This document shows, piece after piece, positions 23,171-34,530 of a DNA stretch of 64,000 nt. Positions within the stretch are counted from its first letter, which is position 1; each line of letters begins with the position of its first letter. The notes under the pieces were generated by a model. It was given only the letters and a program-made list of their open reading frames with translations. It ran no database searches and was not told the DNA's origin. The DNA is taken from the NCBI RefSeq assembly GCF_021869535.1, contig NW_026262685.1, positions 1,488,001 to 1,552,000 of the forward strand, written 5' to 3'. This stretch comes from Mytilus californianus. Taxonomy: Eukaryota. The translations under genes were made by a program, and so were the position numbers.

Positions 23171-26127
23171 CTGAAAGTAAATAAAAGTCCAAACATTGTA
23201 AAATTCAGTCAGCTGCTTATTACTACCGGTAAAATGATTACAAGCTGAATTCAGTAATTTAAAAAAAAACATTTCCCGATCAATATTTCAATATTTTCTG
23301 CTTGAGAGTGAAATATTATTTATACCAATTCTACTTCTTTGATGCAGTTTAAGTTTGTATACAATATATCTTTGTGCTCATTGATCAATGCCTTTAAGCA
23401 CATATTTTACATGTCTGGTTGCTAAGTGTCGATGCTTATTTCTTATTGTTCTGATTGTTTTTTTGAATTTAATTTGTAAAATATCCTAGAGGAGTTTTCA
23501 TTGTTAGCAGGGTATATTAAGTCAGTATATTCCTGCATAGCGTACCAAACCGATACACCATTGCATTGTTCTGTCTTATCATTTACAAAAATAACAAAAT
23601 GTAAATAATCTGTTGGAAATTCCTGGAAAATTATATTTAATCAATTCAGTACAATTTGGTTTGCTCTCATCAATTTAATTGACTGTTTGATATTCATCAA
23701 ACAAAATAAAAATGTTAAGCTGTGATAGAAACAAAAGCATTTCCATTGTGTTGCAACAATAAAAGTAAGTTAACCATTTAACATTGAATTTCTTAGTTGA
23801 TCATGACATTTTTTTCAAGCCAACATTGTTGATGGTAACATATGTACAAGTATATGTGTTTTTATCAGAAGTCAATTTATGATTAAGCTGTGTCACAAGA
23901 AACATATTGTACAGAATAAAAAAGACAAAAATGTCAAAAACTTATTACAAAAACCAACTTTTTGTCATTTTCTCATTTTTCAAGCTTTTCCCTATTGGTA
24001 TATAATTTGGTGAAAGCTACAATTTATAATCACTTTACGGACAAAGTATGGTTTTATCATGCTTATAATAATGATGAATGGCACTATTCAGTATGAAAAA
24101 TGACTTTATTGAATTTATACTGCACTTGTAAGGTTTTCACATTTAAACTTTTTTTCCTTAATCTAAAGCAATCTATGGCAAATCAATTACAGTCCCTTTT
24201 AAAGGTGAACAATCTTTTAATTTTCAATCTAACTCCCAGCAACTTCCTGCTAAATTCAGATATTTTAAATCCTCTTACATCTTTTGTGGTGAGAATTTTG
24301 CTTGATAAAATATGATAATTTGTGTAATAACCAACATGTTTGTCAACAAAAACTTTCATTTGTCCAACCCCACATCTTGTAACAGGTTGGGTTCTATGAA
24401 CGATTTCCCGTTGATATTTCTAAAGAGGATTAGCATATATAAACATCACATGGCTCCAAAACTAACTATTAGGTAATGTTCTGGGGTCTTTTTCAAAGCT
24501 AAATCATTTAATCAAACTTTAATTTACATTTAGACAGCTGGCAAACAAACTTTCCTATCTATCATATTGTTAGAATATAATGGCCATTTTCATTTTGTTA
24601 TCAACACAGTGGTCACTTCTAAATTGATGGTTTTACACTAAAGGAAAGATTTCATATATTTCTAATTCAAGTTATTGTATTGTACATAAGAAAGAGAAAG
24701 AAGATTCCAAAGGGGTAATTGATAAGATGCAAAATACATGTATGTCCAAATTTAATACATTGTTGAGGAAAAACTTAACTTCTGGTCAACCCCTTTATGC
24801 TGTAAATACCACAGGAACAATCCGTGTTTTATTTGTTTTTTTAATTGTTTTGACAGAAGCCATTCCTCAAACCACAACAGTTGAGCTACATAATTCGTGT
24901 TTTAAACATCTTGTGTTCATCATTTCTGTCATCTAATGCCATATCATATATACAAAGCTCAGGGCTCTAGGTCATTAAACTTTATTCAGTACTCAAAATA
25001 CAAAATTTATGCTCGAAACACCAAATCCAGTATTTCGATTGGTTAGTTTTTATTCTGAGTATGATAATCATGCTCCAAATTGTTATGACGAAAGGCCTGT
25101 AATCACTTTCTTATACTCTTGACACTTATGTTGGAGTTATCAAACTTTTTTAATCACTTAAAAAAAACTGATTTTCCAGTTTAAATGTTGGTGGCCTTTC
25201 TTCAGGATCAAGTGGACAGAATTTTCTAAGTTTAAAGTTGAGATATGAAATTGGATTCATTTAACATGTAGAACACTGGATAAAAACTTAGTTATTGTTG
25301 AAAGAATTAAACATTCACACTTATTCATATTTTCTTTTAAAAAGTTAACAGGACTATTGGTACTCAATCAAATTTGATTTACTTGAAAACTCTATCAGAA
25401 TATATGAACTATAAATTGGCCAATTAAAACGAATTGTTGATCAAAACCTCACACATTATACTATATAATAATTATGATTTCCCCTGCAGGTGAGTAAATA
25501 AAATGGTTTTATTAAAACCTTACTTTATATCAAAAGTTCTAAAGATTCTTCAGTAAAAAAAACAACTTTAATTTAACTGTCTTTTATGGACATTTTACAT
25601 GTGAAAATAAACTTTTGCATCTAAAGACAGGTCAAAGGTTACACAGAATTGATCTGACAGTGAAAAGTTCACCTTACTGAGAAAAGTTTATATTACTGTT
25701 TTATTACCCTAATTAGGCTACCAGATACTAGACTGACAAATTCTATAAAATGTCTAGATAAACCAGTCTTATTAAAATTGATAGGTGTGAACTTAGCTAT
25801 TTAACAAGTGTAAATTGTTGTCTATTATAAGAGCAAAAAAATGTTAAATTCACTTAATTTTAAAATGAAGTTCAATATATATCTAAATAGTGCACATTTT
25901 CTGCAAATTTTAGATGCTTTAAAAATTGTTGAATTTAAATTGAATTTAAAGAATAGGTTAGAATAAAACTTCATGCAAAGACTGTTAATTAAATTCCAAA
26001 CCTACAGAAATCTTAAAATTAAATTGGAGTTAAATGTTAGGAGAAAAGCCAAACATGCCTAGACTGTTCCCCCTTGAACAAAATGTTTGTTAGATGTTAG
26101 GTGAATATAACGGGCAAGGAAACAAAC

Positions 26128-28830
26128 CTGTTTTAATGACTGCTGTGGTTTGGGACTACCCGATTCTGAATTAGCTATCATAAATATTCCAGAGTCTCTA
26201 TGATCATCTAACGAAAAACTCACTTCTTTTTTATCTCCACCACTTAATGTATTAGTATTATATCCATTTGGTAAATTGGTCTCTTTTGTCAATATGGATT
26301 TTTTATTGGTGTTAAGGTGTATAGTTTCTGAAATCTGAAATTCTTCCTTCCCTGGTGGTGGATAGTCTTTCATTAATTTATTATTGTCAACTCTCCGTAT
26401 GAGAAATATGATGACAATTATGGCTAATGATAAAACGATTGTTACACAAACTATTGTAATCACGATAAGGACATTCTGTCCAATACTTGCTTCAGACGAG
26501 GCTGATGTTTTTGTCAATTCTATCCTTATTTTAATCTCGGTACTGTTACTCCGCGGAGTAATACCGTGGTCCTGTACTTCAACAACTAATAAATAATCCT
26601 TTATTTCACTACTCTGAATGCTGTGTGCGAGAAAAATCTTTCCAGTATTGCTTTCAATAAAAAACAAATTATTGTCATTTCGTGACCGGATTGAAAAACT
26701 GAGAGATCCATTTGGTCCATTGTCAGGATCAAAGGCTTCTACTTTGGTGACAACAGAATTTGCTGGTGTTAAATGTGAGACTTTAATGGAGCCATTTCCC
26801 TGCACTGGATACAAAATCTGTGGTGAATTATCATTTATATCTAGAACCATTACTTGTATGTTAACTGTCGAGTTTAAAGATGGTGCTCCAAAATCTTCAG
26901 CCTTTACTTCAAATGTGTATAGATTTTTATACTCTCGGTTCAATATACCATTTGTTTGAATGGTTCCTGTAGATGGATCTATGTGGAAGGGTACTGCTCT
27001 GTTTCTAGACTTTATAGAATATTTAATTTTACCATTATCACTAATGTCATTGTCAGTGGCATATACCGTACCCACAAAAGTCTTTGATTGTAAATTTTCT
27101 TGAATTTTAAATTCATAACTGGTCTGATTAAAACGTGGTGTTTCATCATTTTCATCAAGAATGTGAAGTTCCACTGTTGCAGTTGAGGTAAATGCCTTTG
27201 TTTGTCCTCCATCCACAGCTAGAACTTGAAATGTATAAACATCCTGCATTTCTCTATCAAACGGTACTGTGGTTCTAATCACACCAGTGCTTGGGTCAGC
27301 ATAAAACTTGTCTGCATTACCCTGTTCTACATAATACCGAACTTGAGCGTTCTCTTCCTCGTCTTTGTCTGAAGCAGTAACTTTTGCTATGAAGATCCCT
27401 GTATGGTCACTCTCTACCATTGACTCATTGTAAAAACTTTTTAAAAATTCGGGGAAGTTATCATTTTCATCTATAATTTGAACAATAAAGCTGGACGTTG
27501 TTTTAAGTGGTTCTTTTCCCGAATCTTGACAATCAACAGTTACAACAAGTTCAATGTCCTTTTCTCTGTCTAAAACTTTATTAACCAACACTTTATATTC
27601 TGTTTGAGAACTGGACAGTTTAGAAAGTCTAAATGTGTTGTCACGGAGACTACAAGAAACAATACCATTGTTACCAGTATCTTTGTCTGTGACTCCAATG
27701 TAAGCAACGACAGTTCCATTAGGAGAATTCTCATTTGCTCTAGCTGTACTGCCACTTGATAACAAATTTATGTTGATTTCTGGAGGATTGTCGTTCACAT
27801 CAGTAACAGTAATTGTCAAGGCAACCTGACTGCTCTTGGGTGGTGTCCCTTTATCAGAAGCTTGAACGATAAGACTAAGTGGTGCCCCCTTTGTGTGAGA
27901 GAGATGTTCTATGACCGACAACTGACCTGTTGATTTATCAATGGCAAAGAAAGTTTGTGCATCACTTGAGGGTGATGATATCAAAGTGAACTCTACATCA
28001 CCATTCAAACCAGCATCATGATCCACCGCTGTGATGTTTAGAATTTTATTTGGTACAGATATATCTTCCGGCACAGTGATATCATATTGTTTACGACTAA
28101 ATATGGGTTTGTTGTCGTTTATATCAGTAACAGTCACGTTAATTGTCAACATACTACTTCTTTGTGGTGAACCTCCGTCTTTTGCCACCAGATAAACTTG
28201 ATAATGGCTCAGCACCTCTCTATCTACTGTCTGTTTGAGGAGGATAGAAACTTCAATATTTCCTGATAAACTATGGTCAAACTTTAAACCGAAAGTTCCG
28301 CTATCTGGTAAAAGTTCATACGTTTGTAAAGAGTTGTTATCACCCATATCTTTGTCAACGGCCCCTATTACTGGGTATGTTGTGTTAATGTCTGCATCTT
28401 CTGGAATGTTTAAAACAATGGATGACCGGCTAAATTCTGGTTTGTTATCATTTATGTCTTTTAAAGTTACATTAACATTTATCGGCTGGAAGAAAGTTCC
28501 ACTACTAGCACCAATACGGAGTTGAAGAAGACAACTTTTCTGAAAAGGACAAATTGTTTCTCTGTCTAATTTAGAATTTGTAGAAAGAGCACCATTGTTT
28601 TCATTTATTGTGAAATATGTTCCAACTGTTTTCAGAAAGCTATATCTCATATTGGCAAACTCATCAGCTGTAGCTATGGATGCTAATTTGCTTGCATCGG
28701 CAACATTGCCTAGATATAAAGGTGGTTCTTGTTCTTCTAAAATCTGATAAAATATTGTAATATCTGCAGCTCTAATGAACACAAATACTGTTGATAATAC
28801 TATTACTGTTACATATCTACACATTGCCAT
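26128..28830 (-). CDS. Protocadherin B large exon: signal peptide, 7 cadherin repeats, TM, proximal cytoplasmic tail (delta1 / PCDH9-PCDH11-like architecture)
   Basis: 901 codons. EC1 has DRETICPFQKSC (Cys-X5-Cys); six DxND(N/E)xP linkers plus a seventh repeat; hydrophobic VLIVITIVCVTIVLSLAIIVIIFLI; phase-0 donor CAG|gtttgt at 26127. Confidence 0.95.
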
Positions 28831-28942
28831 TGTCTTTTAGAAGTATTTCCAAAGATGTTTAAAATGTTTTTGCAATTCCTCACATCATTTATATGGAAAT
28901 GGAGATTCTTTACCCACACTGGACGACTTTCAATTTCTCAGT
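28831..28942 (-). other. 5'-UTR part of the protocadherin B large exon, implying upstream non-coding exon(s)
   Basis: Acceptor tttattgtttaatttcag ends at 28943; contains ATGATGTGA at 28880-28888. Confidence 0.6.
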
Positions 28943-31900
28943 CTGAAATTAAACAATAAAATGAACTTTAAATTGGCGATTTGTTTAAATGTATATCGAG
29001 CACAGTCATAGGTTCCTTTTGATTAGGTTTTAGTATAATGATACGGTATACCAAGGATTTGTATAGTGAGAAGGATTGGAATCTCGTGGACTATTTGCAT
29101 TGCCTGTATTGAAATAAGCTGCGTATGATGAGATTTTGCGAGATTTACCGTGATGCATCTCGTTAGTCGTTTTTCGTCCACCATTACAAGTTGAATTTAT
29201 GTCATTTCAAGATAAACTCGGCGTTTTGTAAGTATAATATAACAAAATTACATGATGTGATACTTTTAAGTGTTAAATTATGACAGTTCTGATTCAATAA
29301 ACAGTTTTTATCTTTACAAAACACATTGTCTGCATCTAAATATACTATGCATTTTATCTGTTGTTCATCGTAATAATCCCGCCCAAATAGGCGGTCCAAA
29401 CCACAACTTTAATCTCAATCTCCTCCTTCATAATAAGGATTTGTGTTCAGAAACTTGAATTATATGAAATAAATGTGTGTGGTGCGTGCATATTATAAAC
29501 TATATAGTGTAAGGAGCTTTCGTTGTTGTTACTTTAATGGTTATCTCAGACCAACCGTCAAAAATCGTCCCGCGTCAGTGCAAAAAAGGGTGGACTGATA
29601 AAATATCAATAAAGTGCCACAATCGGTCGATTTCAACACTAAAACGTAATTATATCAATTTATCATAGTTTATTTGTTGTACTTTCTAAAACATTTGGCA
29701 GTAAAATGATAACGTGTGATATTATCATATTTTCAAAATACCGCTACGGTTACTAGATGCATCCAAAAGTCGTTATTATGGGCGGGACCAAATTAACATA
29801 AATAAACTTCCTGTAGTCCCTCGAACGTGATGAAAAATGTTTACAGTAGAAAAAATAGTTTGCATCTGTCGTTTCATGGACATTTACACCAAAAGGTATT
29901 GCTTTTTCCTTTAGAATTGATATGAAAATGTACTGGGAAATTCCTTTATGCCTTCTAGGGTTTACAGAACCCTGCTTACGTTCACCACATCAACTGAGTA
30001 TATCATTATCATACAGTCATACTGCACATAGGCTACTGTCATAGGTGATAGCATATTTTGGCAGTAGTATAAAGTGAAAATATAGGGACACTATTAATTT
30101 ACAAGTTAAAGGCGTGTTCTTACTATCATATATTAAGACTGTCTATCTCTCCAACTTTTTGGTATACCTCAGGCCTGTACCAAAGATAACAGGAGATAGT
30201 TACATTTGTATATGTGTATATATGTGCTTAAAAGTGTGGGGGATAAGGGTACGATTTCAGTCCGACTAATTCAGTTAATGAAATAAAAAATATATATTGC
30301 CGTCTTCAGGATAAATTACAAGCGCTCGTCCCAGACCAGTATAATTTTTCTGAGGCTTAACTGCCCAAATGAATAAAAAGAGAAATTTTATGAAAGACTA
30401 TTTTTCAGGCTTTGTTGTCAAAAAGTGTTCTACAATACACAAAATCTCTAAATTAACACTCATAAACAACAAAAAAGAAAAGAACGGTCCATTCACATGT
30501 ACATGTATGGAGAATTTGAAAGTAAAATTAGGCACTTCATCAAAGAAATACCAAAATAGTCAAAAATTTTATGTTGTCATGGTCAAACATTTGATATTCT
30601 TGGGATGGCTACATGTCTACTAAAGTACATAATTAATCCTTGTTACCCCAATACAATCAACCGGTTATGTACTTGTATAGGATGCATAATGTGCCAATGC
30701 GGACTTTAAAAATCTGAACTTTTTCTGACCAGACTCCATATTCTGCATAAATTCATGTCTTGTATTTTATTATTTTTGTGATGTATTATGAACTGTGTTA
30801 TTTTGTTAATGTTCATATATATATATATATGTATACCATAAAACCCATGATAACTGGATTTAAATTTCAATAAAATACATATCCCAGCATTATTATAGTG
30901 AACATGTAAATTACATCTGTTTACATGGTTTAAACAGTAACAGATTATACATAACCCAGCAGTGACGAGTGCCCAATTATTCGTTTTTAAATTACTGCAA
31001 AATTCTCGAAATGTTATTTGATAAAATATAATTATTTAGCTTTTATATATGGACAGCTAGGAGAGAAGCTTACTCTTGATACATAAGTAATAAAATTTCA
31101 GTTACTGTGTATAATTGTTTAACATCATATTTGCATTCAGTTTTTTACTTTCAGATGTAAAAGATATTTTGTGTATTAATAGTACTTCTCTCTGAAGACA
31201 ATAGTTGGTTATGGCTGTGGATAATAATCAGGTAACTACATTATTAAAAATATAAAATAATACTGATACCAGAATTACTTTAAAATCATTATATTCAGAA
31301 TTTGTGCAAGAATCATACCAGTGTGCCACATCTCTTAATATTTTTTACAGAAATTCTTAGTTGAATTCTAGCCAGCTCTGACAGCTTTCAGCACTAGTAC
31401 TAGTACTGCCACAAAATGTAATTTTTAGATTCTTATTTGTTTTTTATTTGTAGTAGGCAGGTGTATTTTGTTTTACATGTAATGTTTTATTTTCTTTGCT
31501 TAGAAATTAAATGGATTAAAATTATAATTTTACAATATGGAAAATGTCAGGGAAACCCTAATTATATTTTATGTATTTTAGTCTTACAAAAAAAAAAATG
31601 TTTGTTATTTTCAGGATACCAAAGTTAAAGAAAGGAGATATGTTTCTTTGTGGTGAAAGTGCAAGAAATAACACCATATTCTGACTTACAAAATGATCAC
31701 TCATACTGCATGCAATACAGGGAAAGGCATCAAACCAAGCCTCTAGAAGACATACATTTGTAGAATGTATTTTCTATGATGTACACATCGCAGAGGATAC
31801 TTTATGTTCCAAAAAATCAAATACAAATTGTGTCAGCTCCTGTGACAAACTGAAGATGGAAGTTAACCAGAGTATGAAATCACCATTATCAATATGTAAA

Positions 31901-32194
31901 ATCCAACCAGTGACTATATATTTATTCAAATAGTGTCATGAATGGAATTAAAAAAGGACTTGGAAAATTAACATGTTTTAATATTGCTTTGTGTGTGTGA
32001 ATAAAATTTGTTAGCAAGAACAAACTTCTTTTATTACAAGACATCCAGAATACATGATGTCTTCATACATGTCATAGCAGGTACCAGCATTTCTGTGGTT
32101 GGGTGTTCCCAGATAGTTTAGTTTGTAACAATGTTCCATTTTTTGGTCTTTCATGCTTGGTTCATAAAGAATGTAAAAAAATATTTCATGTGCG

Positions 32195-32270
32195 TATAAA
32201 AATAAGGAGATGTGGTACGATTGCTATTAAGACAACTATCATGAGATCAAAGGACAAGGATGTAAACGAA
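32195..32270. mobile_element. Diverged family A copy nested in the P-like element
   Basis: ATAAAAATAAGGAGATGTGGTACGATTGCTATTAAGACAACT. Confidence 0.65.
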
Positions 32271-32689
32271 GACAGGTCAGTGTTCACTAAGATAGGTTTT
32301 CTAGGTACAAAGTAGGTACTTTTGAAAGTGGATAATCAATGGATTTATTGGGTCAATGGGATGAAGGTGGGGTGATGTGGGAATGAATATTTTAGCATGG
32401 TGAGAATTAGTAGAAGAAATAATGTTGCCCGTTCAAGATTGAAAATGAATAAGCTGCTGCATTTCTGCCTCACATTGAGCATGAAAAATTATTTAAAAAA
32501 GTGAAAATGAAGCTATGTGACATAAACAATCTGAGCAACAGCTAAAAATGAAATAATATTGACTATTTCATTTTGTGAAAAATCTGTCCAAGAGAAATCC
32601 TCCTGCCTTACCCCCTAAAAATGAAATGATTGTCCCCTTATACATGTATATGCTCTTAATGCTAATAAAAAATGTCAAATCTTTACCAA

Positions 32690-32865
32690 TATAAAAATAA
32701 GGAGATGTATGAATGCCAATGAGACAACTATCCATCAAATTCAAATGAAGTGGATGTAAGCAATTATAGGCAACTGTACAGCCTTCAACAACGAGAAAAA
32801 CCCATATTGTATAGTTGGCTCTAAAAGGCCACAGCGTGAAAAATGTGAAACAAATTATGAGTAGG
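32690..32865. mobile_element. Family A copy nested in the P-like element
   Basis: ATAAAAATAAGGAGATGTATGAATGCCAATGAGACAACTATCCATC...GCCTTCAACAACGAG...TAAAAGGCC. Confidence 0.75.
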
Positions 32866-34472
32866 GTGTATGACACAATAAGCAGATAACCCATCAAAGT
32901 TATTCGTAAAATGCTGTTAGTTGCTTGTGTTACTAATGTTTTTCACAAGGGAAATTTACTTTTACTTGCTATGGGTACAACCATTGATTTTAGGGTATGA
33001 ATGATACGTTCGTTTTTGAAGACCCTACATCAACTGTCAAGATGAAGAACAGGAATAAAAGCCATGTTCATTGATAATTTTCTATGTTTTCTATGTATTG
33101 TGTGAGATTTAGTCCCATGTACATGTACATTTACTCCATATCTTTTCAGTTTCTATTTTACTGTTGTTTATAATCATGAACTTATTTTTAACTTCCTGCC
33201 AGTCCTTCAATGAACTCAAACCTCTATAGTTCCAGTTTACACTCATGTATTTGCAGTTTGAACAGACGAGCATTCTTGAAAATCAATGAATTCATTTAAT
33301 TTCTCATTTGTTGCGGACCTTACATGTATATTGATTCTGTTAAATTTATTCATAACTTAACTATGATAAAATAAAACAACATACAGATAAAATTTGTATG
33401 GAGACTGACTATTCTTGAAGACTGTATGATTTCCTCTAACTGTCAATTATCTTGTGGTAGTTGGGTCAGTTTCATATACTAGACTACTACTAGAAGAAAG
33501 GACAAAGACAAGCTGCGAAAATAAATAATTGTTTTGACCTTCTCTTTGGGGTTATCTTAAACAGCTATTACTAGTATCATAAAGATGTGTTGGGCTACTC
33601 AAATTACGATCACAAGAAAAACAACAACAATGTCAACATAATTACGATAATTTTCGGCAACTGCCAAATGTAAACGACTATCAAAGTTTATTTTCCAGCT
33701 AAAGAGAGGTCCTCAATATGACATACTCAGAAGGAATCGTGATATCTTTGCGAATTAAAACAAAATATTGATCAAAGATGCTAAAACAAACAAAACCTAA
33801 CAACAAACAAGTCAGAAATGATTATCTTGCAATACACGCTGTTCAACCGGATATTTACTAACAGGCGCGTATAAATTTATAGTGGCGAGTACGCAACATC
33901 TCACGATACGCGAGAAGTGTCGATATACCGCGAGATTCCAATCCTTCTCACTATACAAATCCTTGGGTATACCAACATTTAATTCTAAATCTGTTGAAGT
34001 CGTACAAACAACGATACTAAGTGTTTAGACAAATTACAGGGTATGCATTTTAATCTCAGGTCCATAAAGAGATTTATTTGCGCCTGTATTGTTCCTTGCA
34101 CAAATATATTCAATGGACATTTATTTAATCTGGACTTTACTGTTTAAGAAACTTATAATCGATTTGAATTAAGAAAAGAAAGTTTATTTTTGTTATCTTT
34201 TACTTTTGATATATATTTATTCTGCAAGTTAAGGCTTTTATATTGATATAAAACGACTTTTAAAGGGAAAATATTCATGGTACAAATGTATGATATTCAA
34301 AGATCCATGAGTATTAAATATAAATAAGAATATCAAATGATTAAGGTGTTATTCTTTCTTCTGTAACAAAAGAATTGAATTAAAATTAAAAATTTAAATA
34401 ATTCTCTAGATCAAATTAAAAAAAACAACCTACCAGTTGCAATTAAACTATACATAACTATAACTGTATATA

Positions 34473-34530
34473 TTTGGTCTCTGGTGGAGAGTTGTCTCGT
34501 TGGCAATTATACCATTTTTTTTTTTTTTCA
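34473..34530. mobile_element. Short family A copy with T-tract, flanked by 14-15 bp direct repeats
   Basis: TATAACTGTATATA(T) at 34459-34473 and 34531-34545. Confidence 0.75.

Larger units (their letters stand above)
29052..33965. mobile_element. 4914-bp non-autonomous TIR DNA transposon, P-superfamily-like
   Basis: Perfect 35-bp TIRs CAAGGATTTGTATAGTGAGAAGGATTGGAATCTCG (29052-29086; rc at 33931-33965) and 7-bp TSD GGTATAC (29045-29051, 33966-33972). CA...TG termini; no transposase ORF seen. Confidence 0.85.

Noticed and set aside
26059-26127. C-terminal VCFLARY...GGTV of the 923-aa ORF
   Set aside because: Read-through past the phase-0 donor into the intron; homologous downstream exons exist. 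An intron-retained short isoform is not excluded.
26384-28525. Plus-strand and alternate-frame ORFs overlapping the protocadherin exon
   Set aside because: Shadow ORFs of a long coding exon, with no recognisable motifs.
30248-30312. Minus-strand CTGAAGA-CGGC...GTCG-GACT-GAAA hammerhead-like motif
   Set aside because: Four extra bases separate stem II from GAAA, which breaks the catalytic core.
29087-33930. Transposase gene within the P-like element
   Set aside because: Only short AT-rich ORFs (about 110 aa or less), with no THAP C2CH pattern or catalytic motifs recognisable by eye; a TBLASTX search could still find remnants.
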